From: a virus
Virus record (IMG/VR): IMGVR_UViG_3300045988_129625
Coordinates: 1-64,000 of that record
Direction: 5' to 3' (one strand)
Length of the DNA: 64,000 nucleotides
Position numbers and translations under genes: made by a program. This document shows, one piece after another, positions 7,869 to 17,029 of the stretch. Under the pieces are notes generated by a model. That model was not told the origin of the DNA. It saw nothing but the letters and a program-made list of their open reading frames with translations, and ran no database searches. Each line of letters starts with the position of its first letter. Position 1 is the first letter of the stretch.

Positions 7869-8282
7869 ATGGGATATATATGTACAAGATGTGGTGGAAC
7901 AAAGGTTGCTTGTGAAGCCATAGTAAATCCGAATACCAGAGAAATAATAGATTATTTTGATGGATCTTTCGTGCATGCTATTTGCAGGGATTGTGAAAAC
8001 GAGGTAATAATATCTAACGTTGAAGAAGTCAAACATGAAATTGATTTAAGATTTCATGAATTTTTAGAAAGAACAGGTAAGGAGCCTGAATATGTAGAAT
8101 GTCAGATTGTGCGGAAAGAGACAGGAAATGAACAAAGAAAGACAATAAAACTATCATTGAGCATCAACGATGATGATAATGATGATGTTTTTTGTTATTG
8201 CAATGGGATAGAATCGTTTAAGCAACTTGCTGAATACGGGATGGGAGAATTTATCGTAACAGGTTGTTGGAATTTCTTTTAA
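7869..8282 (+). CDS. hypothetical Zn-ribbon protein (137 aa)
   Basis: CTRCGG...CRDCEN motifs. Confidence 0.55.
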   Translation: MGYICTRCGGTKVACEAIVNPNTREIIDYFDGSFVHAICRDCENEVIISNVEEVKHEIDLRFHEFLERTGKEPEYVECQIVRKETGNEQRKTIKLSLSINDDDNDDVFCYCNGIESFKQLAEYGMGEFIVTGCWNFF

Positions 8283-8319
8283 GAAACATATGTAGTTATC
8301 ATTTTTAATAACATATCTT

Positions 8320-8712
8320 ATGAAAACACAAGAAGAATATGCCCGTGAAATTGACGAAATCGTTCGCCGGGATGTAGAGAGCTGCCAGAGTGACTGGTTT
8401 ATAATCGACAAGGAGATATTTATGCAGCCAGAGAATAAGAACAAGGCATTTATTTTGGGAACAAGAAAGACCGGGTGCGATATGATCGTACTTGGCGGTA
8501 CTAATTGCAGTGGATCCAATATGGATTGGCTTTTCGGTTGCCTTGGCAATGAAAACTTCTATGTATGTCAGCCGCTATCTTTCTATAAATCACAACAAGA
8601 AATCCAGAAAGTAAATCCGCTTTATGCTTTCAAGGTGGCCACTGCTTATTTTAGAGAACAAGGGAAGGTTCCGGTATTTGAAGATAGTAACTGTAGATTA
8701 ATAAAACTATGA
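8320..8712 (+). CDS. hypothetical protein (130 aa)
   Basis: ORF in array. Confidence 0.55.
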   Translation: MKTQEEYAREIDEIVRRDVESCQSDWFIIDKEIFMQPENKNKAFILGTRKTGCDMIVLGGTNCSGSNMDWLFGCLGNENFYVCQPLSFYKSQQEIQKVNPLYAFKVATAYFREQGKVPVFEDSNCRLIKL

Positions 8713-8945
8713 GCATAAAAGTAATAAGATACAGGTTGCCCTCTTATTGGGCTTGCCCGTTAATCAATGATGATTACACTGGATTAACGGATGAAGAATG
8801 TGAGGAAATCCAACGCTTCTTGGAAGCAGCAGAAGGTTATCCGGTAGATGTAGATTTGGAAACACAAGGGTTTTACCGTTGTAATGACGCAGGAACACTT
8901 CCCGGAGAGTGTGCAGATTTTATTTTTCATAAGTGTAATGATTAA
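8709..8945 (+). CDS. hypothetical protein (78 aa)
   Basis: ATGA overlap with upstream ORF. Confidence 0.5.
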   Translation: MSIKVIRYRLPSYWACPLINDDYTGLTDEECEEIQRFLEAAEGYPVDVDLETQGFYRCNDAGTLPGECADFIFHKCND

Positions 8946-8956
8946 ACTAAAATAAT

Positions 8957-9853
8957 ATGGAAACTACAAACAAACTGTTTTATTCAGGTACAAAATTCTT
9001 TACAGAAAATGAAGAAGATTATAGAATAACAGTTAGAATCTCTTTGGATGATGACTGCAAAAATAACATATGCGACTGGAGCATAACAGCCGACGTTGAC
9101 TGGAAAAACAAGCATGGAAAATATGAGGATTACTTAGGAGGCTGCTGCCATGATGAAGTTGCAAAACATTTTCCGGAATTGGCAAAATTCATATCGTTGC
9201 ATCTTTGTAACCATTATGGTGCTCCTATGTATCCGGTGGAAAATGGCACGTATCACATAAAGAATAGCGATAAGTCTGTGGCTATTGAATATTTACGTAT
9301 ATCAGACAAGGAATATTCCAAATTATCTGAAGCGGTGGACGATAAGATGTATTTCAAGTATCTGCTTTTCAATCTGGGGATTGTGGATAGATGGAAACGT
9401 GAATCAGACGAGCTTCTTGTTGAACTTGAAGACCTGTGTGGCAAGAAATGGGTAAATCCATATACACCGGAAAAGGAAAGGTTTACTTTGACATTAACGG
9501 ACGAGGAACGTTTGTTTATTGAAGAGCGCATTAAAGCCGGGTATTATTCCGCAGAAAATATCGAAAAACGCAGAGAAGAGGCTCATAAGGAAAAGATGTT
9601 GAAAAAGCGTGCTGAAATTTGTGAGCGATACAACAAGGAAATCAGACAAATAGAAGCAGAAAAGAAGATAAAGCTCTGTGTGTTTGATTATGGGTTGCCT
9701 GCTGACAATGTTATATACTACCCTCACTCAAACACTTTATCCTTCAACTGGAACAATTGTAAAAACAAAATTACACAAAAGGAGTTTGATGATTTTGTAA
9801 ACAACGTAGACCGCTCTCAGTTGCCGGAAGGCATCAAGTTTGAACTTAAATAA
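8957..9853 (+). CDS. hypothetical protein (298 aa)
   Basis: Long ORF. Confidence 0.6.
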   Translation: METTNKLFYSGTKFFTENEEDYRITVRISLDDDCKNNICDWSITADVDWKNKHGKYEDYLGGCCHDEVAKHFPELAKFISLHLCNHYGAPMYPVENGTYHIKNSDKSVAIEYLRISDKEYSKLSEAVDDKMYFKYLLFNLGIVDRWKRESDELLVELEDLCGKKWVNPYTPEKERFTLTLTDEERLFIEERIKAGYYSAENIEKRREEAHKEKMLKKRAEICERYNKEIRQIEAEKKIKLCVFDYGLPADNVIYYPHSNTLSFNWNNCKNKITQKEFDDFVNNVDRSQLPEGIKFELK

Positions 9854-9861
9854 TACAGGAT

Positions 9862-10152
9862 ATGGAAAGGTTGGATTTTGAAACATTACTTCGTGTTGTA
9901 ATATGGGATTACAACCGTTGTTTTAAGGATGAGTCGTTGGACAAGGATTTGTTCATGGAAAAATACGGGAAAGTTATGGGAGAACATTATTACAACAAGT
10001 TTGTCCATGAATTTGACGGAAATATTCTGAAGATGGTTGGTTACTTCAGAGGTTCCGAAAAAGAGGGGCAAATCTTCTGCGATATGATAACCGAACGTAT
10101 TGAAAAATATGAACAAAGAGGATTATACAGTAGAGGTAAGTTAAACAATTAA
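9862..10152 (+). CDS. hypothetical protein (96 aa)
   Basis: ORF in array. Confidence 0.5.
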   Translation: MERLDFETLLRVVIWDYNRCFKDESLDKDLFMEKYGKVMGEHYYNKFVHEFDGNILKMVGYFRGSEKEGQIFCDMITERIEKYEQRGLYSRGKLNN

Positions 10153-10164
10153 AAGGATATTTAT

Positions 10165-11220
10165 ATGAACAATTCAATGGTCGCTCACTTATGGGCAAAC
10201 GAAAAGCAAGAATCAGCAAATGGAAGTAACTTCTATTTTGAAGGTGAAAGTATTTATTCCTATGGAAGACGTTTTGAGGTCGGAAGAATCGTGCGAAACA
10301 AGCGTGGAGAAAAGGCGTATTTGATTAATGACATATATCGTTCCTCTTCCACAAGCAAACATCAATGTTGTGTTCGTAACGCAATACCAACTGGCTCAAA
10401 GGTATTCAGTGTTGGATATAATATGTCAAATACTGGTAATATGGCATTTGTCACCAGTGGGTTGGAATCCATTAAAGATGCTATTGAAAAATACAAAAAA
10501 GCAAGAACCGAATTGTCCTATCGAGATATTTGGGGAGCGTTTAAAAATCTGATGGATTATATTGAGTTCTTTGATATGGGAACTCCCCAACGTCTTCTTA
10601 AAAAGAGTGCAAACGAATGGCTTAGAACTAACCATGAATTATCATATAAATCAGATAAGATTAAACGTGAGCATGTCCGTGAATTGAAACACATTTTCCA
10701 GATATTGTTGAATCATCAAGCACTGGAAGTCCTTGGAACCGTTAATGTGATTGTAGATGAAGTTTGCGGGGAAGGTACATGGATTAAGTATTCAGAAAGA
10801 TCTGAAAGATGGAGAAAGGGTGAGGAAGAAAGAATAAAATTAGAGAGATTAAGAAAGGAAGAAGAAGCCCGTTACAAGGATTTTGATGAAAAACTGGAAG
10901 AGTGGAAGTCAGGAGAAATAAATTTCTTGAATACACCTTTCTATATTCCTGGTGAAAAACCTAACGCCTGGATCCGTATAAAAGGAAATATTATTGAGAC
11001 AAGTAAACAGATAAAGATTGGAATAGCAGAAGCCAGAAAACTGTGGCGGGCTGTGTCGGCAATGCACCGGGGCGCCGAGTTTCGGCACGGTCTGGTGGAG
11101 GACATCACCGGTCACCAGTGGAGTCTAAATCGGTACGAAAACGATTTGCTAACCGCTGGATGTCATAGGATAGCATATAACGAAATGGAGAGAACAGCAA
11201 AACAACTGGGATGGGTTTAA
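10165..11220 (+). CDS. hypothetical protein (351 aa) with Lys/Glu-rich coiled-coil segment and GC-rich patch near C-terminus
   Basis: Long ORF. Confidence 0.6.
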   Translation: MNNSMVAHLWANEKQESANGSNFYFEGESIYSYGRRFEVGRIVRNKRGEKAYLINDIYRSSSTSKHQCCVRNAIPTGSKVFSVGYNMSNTGNMAFVTSGLESIKDAIEKYKKARTELSYRDIWGAFKNLMDYIEFFDMGTPQRLLKKSANEWLRTNHELSYKSDKIKREHVRELKHIFQILLNHQALEVLGTVNVIVDEVCGEGTWIKYSERSERWRKGEEERIKLERLRKEEEARYKDFDEKLEEWKSGEINFLNTPFYIPGEKPNAWIRIKGNIIETSKQIKIGIAEARKLWRAVSAMHRGAEFRHGLVEDITGHQWSLNRYENDLLTAGCHRIAYNEMERTAKQLGWV

Positions 11221-11260
11221 GTAACCCATCTTATTTTATAACAATTAAAAACGAAAAGAT

Positions 11261-11998
11261 ATGGAAAATCCAATTATTGTTCCGTTTGATTTAAATACGG
11301 CGAGAAAAATCAAAAGCGGAGAAATAGAAGGTTCGGTATTAATTAATGATATTGAAATAGAATTTGTATATGAGTCGAAAAACTGTGCAAGTCCTTATAA
11401 TTTGCTTTTTGTAAAAAAAGATGGATATGGGATAAGCGCTATATATGCTAACACAGAAGGTTGTACTTTTGCTGACGCCACTCTGGAATTGAGGGTAGAG
11501 GCTGGAGCGTATTTTAAGAAAGGAGATGTATTAACAAGCACTAAAGGATGTCAATTTATATATGATGGACTTATTACCAAAGGGGTAATGGGAAGTATAT
11601 GTGGAATGGTAACATCTGGAGATATTGAGTTTGATTGCAAATTATGGACTGATGTGTATGATGGATATAAAAAACGGCATGTAAGAAAGGCTATAGAAGA
11701 AGAGAAGAAATTTTTAGCAGAAAAGATTATAAAAGTCGAAGACAGTAGAAAAATAGATATAATAAAACGATATTTAAGTGAATATGAGTATCTATTAGAT
11801 GAGATGCCGAAACACAATCTCAAACCATTTGAACGAGTGTTGGTGAGAAGAACCAACCAAGAGAGGTGGAAATTGCATCTATTTTCCAGAAAATCAGAAG
11901 TAGACGACAAATATGAATGTTTAGGAGGCGTAACATTTAGTCAGTGTATCCCATACAAAGGGAACGAGCATCTTTTAGGAACTAATAAAAACAAATAA
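11261..11998 (+). CDS. hypothetical two-domain protein (245 aa); parent of downstream split paralog
   Basis: N-domain PFDLNTARKIKSGEIEG; C-domain KPFERVLVRR..ECLGGVTFSQCIPYKGNEHLLGT. Confidence 0.6.
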   Translation: MENPIIVPFDLNTARKIKSGEIEGSVLINDIEIEFVYESKNCASPYNLLFVKKDGYGISAIYANTEGCTFADATLELRVEAGAYFKKGDVLTSTKGCQFIYDGLITKGVMGSICGMVTSGDIEFDCKLWTDVYDGYKKRHVRKAIEEEKKFLAEKIIKVEDSRKIDIIKRYLSEYEYLLDEMPKHNLKPFERVLVRRTNQERWKLHLFSRKSEVDDKYECLGGVTFSQCIPYKGNEHLLGTNKNK

Positions 11999-12002
11999 GA
12001 TT

Positions 12003-12401
12003 ATGGAACAGAAAACAGTAACAATTCCGTTTGATTTAGAAACGGCGAAAAGAATAAACATAGGGGGAATAGTAGGTCGGATTGTGACAGAGAAAGGACG
12101 AAATAGAGCAGAAATAGTATATGAAGACAATTCGTCAAGTTGTCCGTTATTGGTTGTGATTCATTCGATTTCTGTATCGGCAGATTGGTTTTCTGCTACA
12201 GGAAAAGCACTTAGCAGCGAAAATCGCCTCCTTCTTGAAGTTCCGGAATATATTACATTTAAAGATGGAGAGGTGTTAAGCAACGAAGATGGAAGTTTTA
12301 TTTTTATTTTAAATATACATGGGAAATATTTAACATCTTTTTATGTGAGTCTTGCAGCGGGAGTAGGTCTTAATATATCGGATAATTTTTTCTGCATGTA
12401 A
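12003..12401 (+). CDS. hypothetical protein, paralog of N-terminal domain of 11261..11998
   Basis: IPFDLETAKRINIGGIVGRIV aligns to N-terminus of upstream gene. Confidence 0.5.
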   Translation: MEQKTVTIPFDLETAKRINIGGIVGRIVTEKGRNRAEIVYEDNSSSCPLLVVIHSISVSADWFSATGKALSSENRLLLEVPEYITFKDGEVLSNEDGSFIFILNIHGKYLTSFYVSLAAGVGLNISDNFFCM

Positions 12402-12450
12402 TAACGAAATAGAACGCTATAGACTTGCAACAGATTCGGAAAAACAGAGG

Positions 12451-12741
12451 ATGATTAAAGCGTTAAAGAAAAGCAAAAATCCTAAAGCAAAAGAATATCT
12501 AAAACGCTTCTTCGGAATTGAAGAAGAGCCGAAATATGATTTTAAGCCGTTTGACAAAGTGCTGGTAAGAGACGAGGACGATAAAGAATGGCATATCAGC
12601 TTGTTCGCAAGGGAAATTGTGGACGATTCTGATGGATTGTCTTATAAGTATGAATGTTCCAATGGAACATTATGGGACTGTTGCATTCCTTTTGAGGGCA
12701 ATGAATGTCTTTTAGAAACTGCTGAAAATCCAGAAAAATGA
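12451..12741 (+). CDS. hypothetical protein, paralog of C-terminal domain of 11261..11998 (reading frame is open from 12367, overlapping the previous ORF in another frame)
   Basis: KPFDKVLVRDEDDKEWHISLF..YECSNGTLWDCCIPFEGNECLLET aligns to C-domain of 11261..11998. Confidence 0.5.
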   Translation: MIKALKKSKNPKAKEYLKRFFGIEEEPKYDFKPFDKVLVRDEDDKEWHISLFAREIVDDSDGLSYKYECSNGTLWDCCIPFEGNECLLETAENPEK

Positions 12742-13184
12742 AAACGGTAAAGTTATCTGATTTTTCTCCTTATGACAGAAACAAAGGAGGAATACAAGAA
12801 TTGCATCATAAAATTGAGTCCAAAACACTTCAGTATTGGGGTGAAGATAGTGGTATTCTGATCGGCATCACTCCGATATATAAGAGACGTTTGTGGAGCG
12901 AAGAAGTGAAAGTTGTAAATGATAAAATGACAAATATGAAAACAAGAACATACGAAGGGGTGCAGCACGGAGACTGGGTAAGATGTGTCTTATGTGGAGC
13001 ACAAATGCTTCTTCCATGTGGAGCTGACAAATGCCCGGAATGTAGCAGTAAAGATACTTTAATGTGGGTAGATGAGAATAGGCAAGAAATGGACGCTAAA
13101 CATCTGGATTGTCTTGTTCCAATACGCAAATTGGAGTTACAAGAATATCTGTCCCCAGAAATTTTGAAAATGGAACATATATGA
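12738..13184 (+). CDS. hypothetical Zn-ribbon protein (148 aa)
   Basis: CVLCGAQ..CPECSSKD. Confidence 0.55.
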   Translation: MKTVKLSDFSPYDRNKGGIQELHHKIESKTLQYWGEDSGILIGITPIYKRRLWSEEVKVVNDKMTNMKTRTYEGVQHGDWVRCVLCGAQMLLPCGADKCPECSSKDTLMWVDENRQEMDAKHLDCLVPIRKLELQEYLSPEILKMEHI

Positions 13185-13480
13185 AAATAGAATACATACA
13201 AAAATGTAAATGCGGCGCAGTCACTATCAGCTTTGATAATGGTGCTTCGAATAGCATGTTTTGGGAAACATTTGAAAAATTGGATTTGGATGCTGGTGAT
13301 GCCACATGGCTTCACCAGTCCTGCTGCTGCAACCACTGCGTCAACCATTGGGGAATAGACTTATGCGAGTGTGGGTCCGGCGCAAGAGTTGGTGAATGTG
13401 AATGTGGATCCCAAAAGGCACATGATACATTAGGGATTAAATATGATTCGTTTGGAGCAATATTAAAAAACTTTGGATAA
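13181..13480 (+). CDS. hypothetical Cys-rich protein (start trimmed to ATG 13181, ATGA overlap)
   Basis: MKIEYIQKCKCG..CCCNHC..CECGSG..CECGS. Confidence 0.5.
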   Translation: MKIEYIQKCKCGAVTISFDNGASNSMFWETFEKLDLDAGDATWLHQSCCCNHCVNHWGIDLCECGSGARVGECECGSQKAHDTLGIKYDSFGAILKNFG

Positions 13481-13956
13481 TGGATATAGTAAGCAAATAC
13501 ACCGCCTTGTTAGGACAACAGAAACTAAAAGAATCATTTGTGAAAGATTTGGAGCTTGTATTATCAAGAAAAGATCCTAATATAGAAAAAGGGAAACTTA
13601 ATTTCATTCGTTATTCAGAAATGAAAAATTGGAGTGTAAGAGAGTTGTTTGGTGAAGACTTGGAACAAGCTGATAGGGCTTTAATAAACAAGGTGTATCA
13701 TATGCTATTTGATATAGGTTCGGATTTTGAATCGGTTATAAGAATGCTATATAGCTTTCGTAACGGACCTAAATCGGGGATAAAAGTGGCGGATCCAGAG
13801 GATAATTACGAATGGACTAACAAGGACGGAAATGAAAAATATTCTACTAAAAATCTCCCAAAAGCACATTTTAGATGGGATTGGGGAAGATATACCTTAT
13901 CAAAAGAATCCGTTGATAAAATAACGGAGTTTGTAGACGCCATATTAAAATCATAG
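13480..13956 (+). CDS. hypothetical protein (158 aa)
   Basis: ORF in array. Confidence 0.55.
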   Translation: MDIVSKYTALLGQQKLKESFVKDLELVLSRKDPNIEKGKLNFIRYSEMKNWSVRELFGEDLEQADRALINKVYHMLFDIGSDFESVIRMLYSFRNGPKSGIKVADPEDNYEWTNKDGNEKYSTKNLPKAHFRWDWGRYTLSKESVDKITEFVDAILKS

Positions 13957-13963
13957 AGAAATT

Positions 13964-14218
13964 ATGAACGAAGTAATTTTAAGCAACATGTTAGGATGTC
14001 AGACATATTGTATATCAGACAGTCCTTCGAATAGATACTGTTTTATTGGGCCTATTGAATGTAACGGGAAGTTAATAGAAGAGTTTAGGAAGGGAATAAT
14101 AGTAAAATTGAAATATGTGGAAAAACGAGTCCTGGATACATTTACGGACAACGGAATCGACCTGAGCAATTACACTCACTGTATTATTGTGAAGCGGAAT
14201 TTTTATCTCGCTTGGTAA
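13964..14218 (+). CDS. hypothetical protein (84 aa)
   Basis: ORF in array. Confidence 0.45.
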   Translation: MNEVILSNMLGCQTYCISDSPSNRYCFIGPIECNGKLIEEFRKGIIVKLKYVEKRVLDTFTDNGIDLSNYTHCIIVKRNFYLAW

Positions 14219-14236
14219 CAGTAAAATGCAAACGAT

Positions 14237-14899
14237 ATGAACAATTTTGTAATAGATACTCCAGATAATTTCTGGCAAATAAGATGGCTTGACAAGTATA
14301 TGGAGGGCCACAAAGGGTTCATAGCTGGTGGATGTTTTAAGAATATCCTTTCCGGAGAAAAGGTAAAAGATATTGATATTTTCTTTGAAAGCGAAAGCGA
14401 TTTTCAGGAAGCTGTTGATTTGTTCAATGATGAAAAACATCAGAAAGAAGGATGGAAATTTAAGTATAGGAATGAGAAGGTATGCGCATTCCAGAAAGAG
14501 GGAGAAAAGGTATGGGTAGAGTTCATAGAGTCAGAGTTCGGAAAGCCAGAAGAGATTCTCAGGAGCTTCGACTTTACTGTGGCAAAAATGGCCTACTATA
14601 AGGAGCCTAAATACGAAGAAAAGGAAGATGATTATTTTCCATTCTCATCTGCAAGTATAGTAGCATACGAGTACAAACTACTCTATCATGAGAAATTCTT
14701 CGAACATCTTCATATGAAGAGGCTGGTTATTGACGAAAATATCCCTTTTCCAGTAAGTACATGGGAAAGGTCATATAAGTATAAGGGGTATGGTTACAAT
14801 ATGTGTAGGGAGACAAAGAAAAAACTTCTACGGGCTCTTAAAGGTGTAAATGTAGAGGAGGAAGATGTATCTTTGTACACTACTGGAGGATGGGATTAA
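14237..14899 (+). CDS. Pol-beta superfamily nucleotidyltransferase with CCA-adding/poly(A)-polymerase-like head motif
   Basis: IAGGCFKNILSGEKVKDIDIFF matches GGxVRDxLLGxxxxDxDxx (G-[GS], 11 residues, D-x-D) of class II tRNA nucleotidyltransferases; the same spacing also fits the OAS/CD-NTase GS..D.D pattern. Confidence 0.55.
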   Translation: MNNFVIDTPDNFWQIRWLDKYMEGHKGFIAGGCFKNILSGEKVKDIDIFFESESDFQEAVDLFNDEKHQKEGWKFKYRNEKVCAFQKEGEKVWVEFIESEFGKPEEILRSFDFTVAKMAYYKEPKYEEKEDDYFPFSSASIVAYEYKLLYHEKFFEHLHMKRLVIDENIPFPVSTWERSYKYKGYGYNMCRETKKKLLRALKGVNVEEEDVSLYTTGGWD

Positions 14900-15357
14900 C
14901 TTATAAAACAAAATTGCTTATGAAAACATTAGAACAACTTAAACAATTAACATCAAAATGTTTAGACGGTAGAGATTTTAATAGACTGGCTAAATTTGTT
15001 CCATATAGCATGATAAAGGATTTCGGTATGGAGCCGAATGAAGAATATGACAACGAGGAAAAGTGGAACAGTACTGTAGTTGAATTTACCAGAGAAAATG
15101 TCCTGAAACAGCTTGAAGAAGACGTGAGATTCGGTTTTGAAAAGGCATTAAATCAGAGAGGAATATCAGCCAGTTTGATGTTTGAATGTGTGATGATGTG
15201 GAACTACATCCTGGAAGAAGGTCTTGAAAGCTGGGGTGAGGATGATTATGCATTTTATGGACTCCCTCTATTTAAAGCTACGGCTGTAAAATATGGATGG
15301 GACAATCCGATAGGGGAAGACAGCGGGAGAGAAAGAAAATATGATTCACAGTATTAA
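14890..15357 (+). CDS. hypothetical protein (155 aa), possibly functionally linked to the upstream NTase
   Basis: Overlapping start with 14237..14899. Confidence 0.5.
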   Translation: MGLTYKTKLLMKTLEQLKQLTSKCLDGRDFNRLAKFVPYSMIKDFGMEPNEEYDNEEKWNSTVVEFTRENVLKQLEEDVRFGFEKALNQRGISASLMFECVMMWNYILEEGLESWGEDDYAFYGLPLFKATAVKYGWDNPIGEDSGRERKYDSQY

Positions 15358-15539
15358 ATGGGCATATCATGAGCACAAGTAAAGAATACAAGGCAGTAAG
15401 GAACTGTATATTAAATGAACTTCACCTTACCAAAGAAGATATAATAAAAAACATAGAACCATTATTGGAAAAACTCGTAAAACAGTGTATGCTTAATACA
15501 TACGGAGGAAACAATTAGATAGAACATTGGATCAGATGT

Positions 15540-16205
15540 ATGGTAGCAGATGAGCTTAAACAAAGGGATTATGGTTTTGTAGAAAGAATAAGCAAGGAAA
15601 TCATAAAAGATCATGTGTTGAATGAGTTGAACATAATTGTAAGTCCCAAAAATGAAAGATGCGTATGTGAAAATAGAGTACCATCAAGAAAAGATGGTTT
15701 GTATCTAATCTACGGAAATGGACACGCTGAGCCGTTTACCGGCGATAACTCCAAAGATTGTGTACAATACATCGGGTTGAAGCACAGATACATGTCATTT
15801 GCAATCTCACTGACGGAGCATGATATCGTACAATTGCTTGACGATGATAGCCGTGAAGAATCCGGAAGTGGGACATATTACGAACGTGAATGTGATGCGC
15901 TGTTTGACATTGACGGACGCGGCAATACGGAACGCCTTGTAGCCAGAAATCCAAAATTGAGAAATCTGCTGGAAGATGGCGAGTATATACCATCTCTTGG
16001 TCAATTAAATTTAATGGCCCATTATATGGACGAACTAAACAAAGCATTCGCTTATGTTTCGGCATCTCCCCTCTCCTCGACGTGGTATTGGTCCAGCACT
16101 GAGAGCAGCCAGGCCGTCGCGTGGTACGTGGTCTTCTCCAGTGGCCTCACGGGCACCGGCAACAAGCACATCGGAGACATGGTTCGGACGGTAATTGATT
16201 TTTAA
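15540..16205 (+). CDS. hypothetical protein (221 aa) with A-depleted GC-rich C-terminal patch
   Basis: Last ~45 codons dominated by NNC codons (TCC AGC GCC GTC TAC TTC GGC ACC AAC CAC ATC GAC), protein ..STWYWSSTESSQAVAWYVVFSSGLTGTG.. Confidence 0.55.
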   Translation: MVADELKQRDYGFVERISKEIIKDHVLNELNIIVSPKNERCVCENRVPSRKDGLYLIYGNGHAEPFTGDNSKDCVQYIGLKHRYMSFAISLTEHDIVQLLDDDSREESGSGTYYERECDALFDIDGRGNTERLVARNPKLRNLLEDGEYIPSLGQLNLMAHYMDELNKAFAYVSASPLSSTWYWSSTESSQAVAWYVVFSSGLTGTGNKHIGDMVRTVIDF

Positions 16206-16216
16206 AAAGGATTACA

Positions 16217-17023
16217 ATGATAACATCAGTAAAAATAAAAGACAATACGAAAACTCCATTTAAATATGTTTCGGACATAGAAACATTTGAAAATGGCAGA
16301 GAATTTATTTTCAAGCCAGGAGTGAATGTAATTATAGGTAAAAACGGTAGTGGAAAATCGACCTTACTTAATATCATATCAATGTATATGTTGTGTGAGA
16401 AGTATATGTGCTCTGAAATGCCGGCTGAGGCGCTGGATTTTCCACCTATATTTGATGATGATGACAAGGTTCTTGATGGGATTGACATATCATCCGATTA
16501 TGCAGGGAAAGTATTCCGTTTATTACCGTCGGCGGAGATGAATCGAGATAGTGTATTGAAAAACATCAGCAATTTAGATTTGTATGTGAATAATATTCGA
16601 AGATCTTATGGAGAGAAAATGGTGTTATCATTGGAATCACTTTTCAATTTAATGTTCGGTCAAAAGGATTATGTGTTTCCAATACGAGATCTTGTAGAAT
16701 ACAAGAAAAAATCAAATACGTTTTGGATTAAAAGAATTGATAATCTGTTGAAGTATTATAAAAGAAACCACATAACATTAACAAAAAACGATTTTGAATA
16801 TACGGTTCTCATGGATGAGCCAGACAGAAATCTTGACATTGATAACATAATACAAATTTACAATGTATTATCATTCCATAAACCACAAACACAAATTATA
16901 GCCATAGTACACAATCCGGCATTGATTTACAAGTTAAGCAAATTAGATTGTGTGAATTTCATAGAGATGACAGAAGGATATCTAAAGGATGTTGTCAATT
17001 TCATAAGTGAAACAAATAAATGA
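16217..17023 (+). CDS. compact ABC-type P-loop ATPase (AAA_15/21-like)
   Basis: Walker A GKNGSGKST, signature-like SYGEK, Walker B TVLMDEPDRNLD, H-loop IVHNP. Confidence 0.7.
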   Translation: MITSVKIKDNTKTPFKYVSDIETFENGREFIFKPGVNVIIGKNGSGKSTLLNIISMYMLCEKYMCSEMPAEALDFPPIFDDDDKVLDGIDISSDYAGKVFRLLPSAEMNRDSVLKNISNLDLYVNNIRRSYGEKMVLSLESLFNLMFGQKDYVFPIRDLVEYKKKSNTFWIKRIDNLLKYYKRNHITLTKNDFEYTVLMDEPDRNLDIDNIIQIYNVLSFHKPQTQIIAIVHNPALIYKLSKLDCVNFIEMTEGYLKDVVNFISETNK

Positions 17024-17029
17024 AAGAGG

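Noticed and set aside
12753-13348. Minus-strand ORFs 12753-12968, 12830-13348 and 13096-13305
   Set aside because: They conflict with the co-directional plus-strand array that shows translational-coupling overlaps. No minus-strand promoter or terminator context is present.
16050-16205. Diversity-generating retroelement
   Set aside because: There is a codon-bias signature only. No reverse transcriptase ORF and no template repeat were found in the window. It is kept as a low-interest observation.
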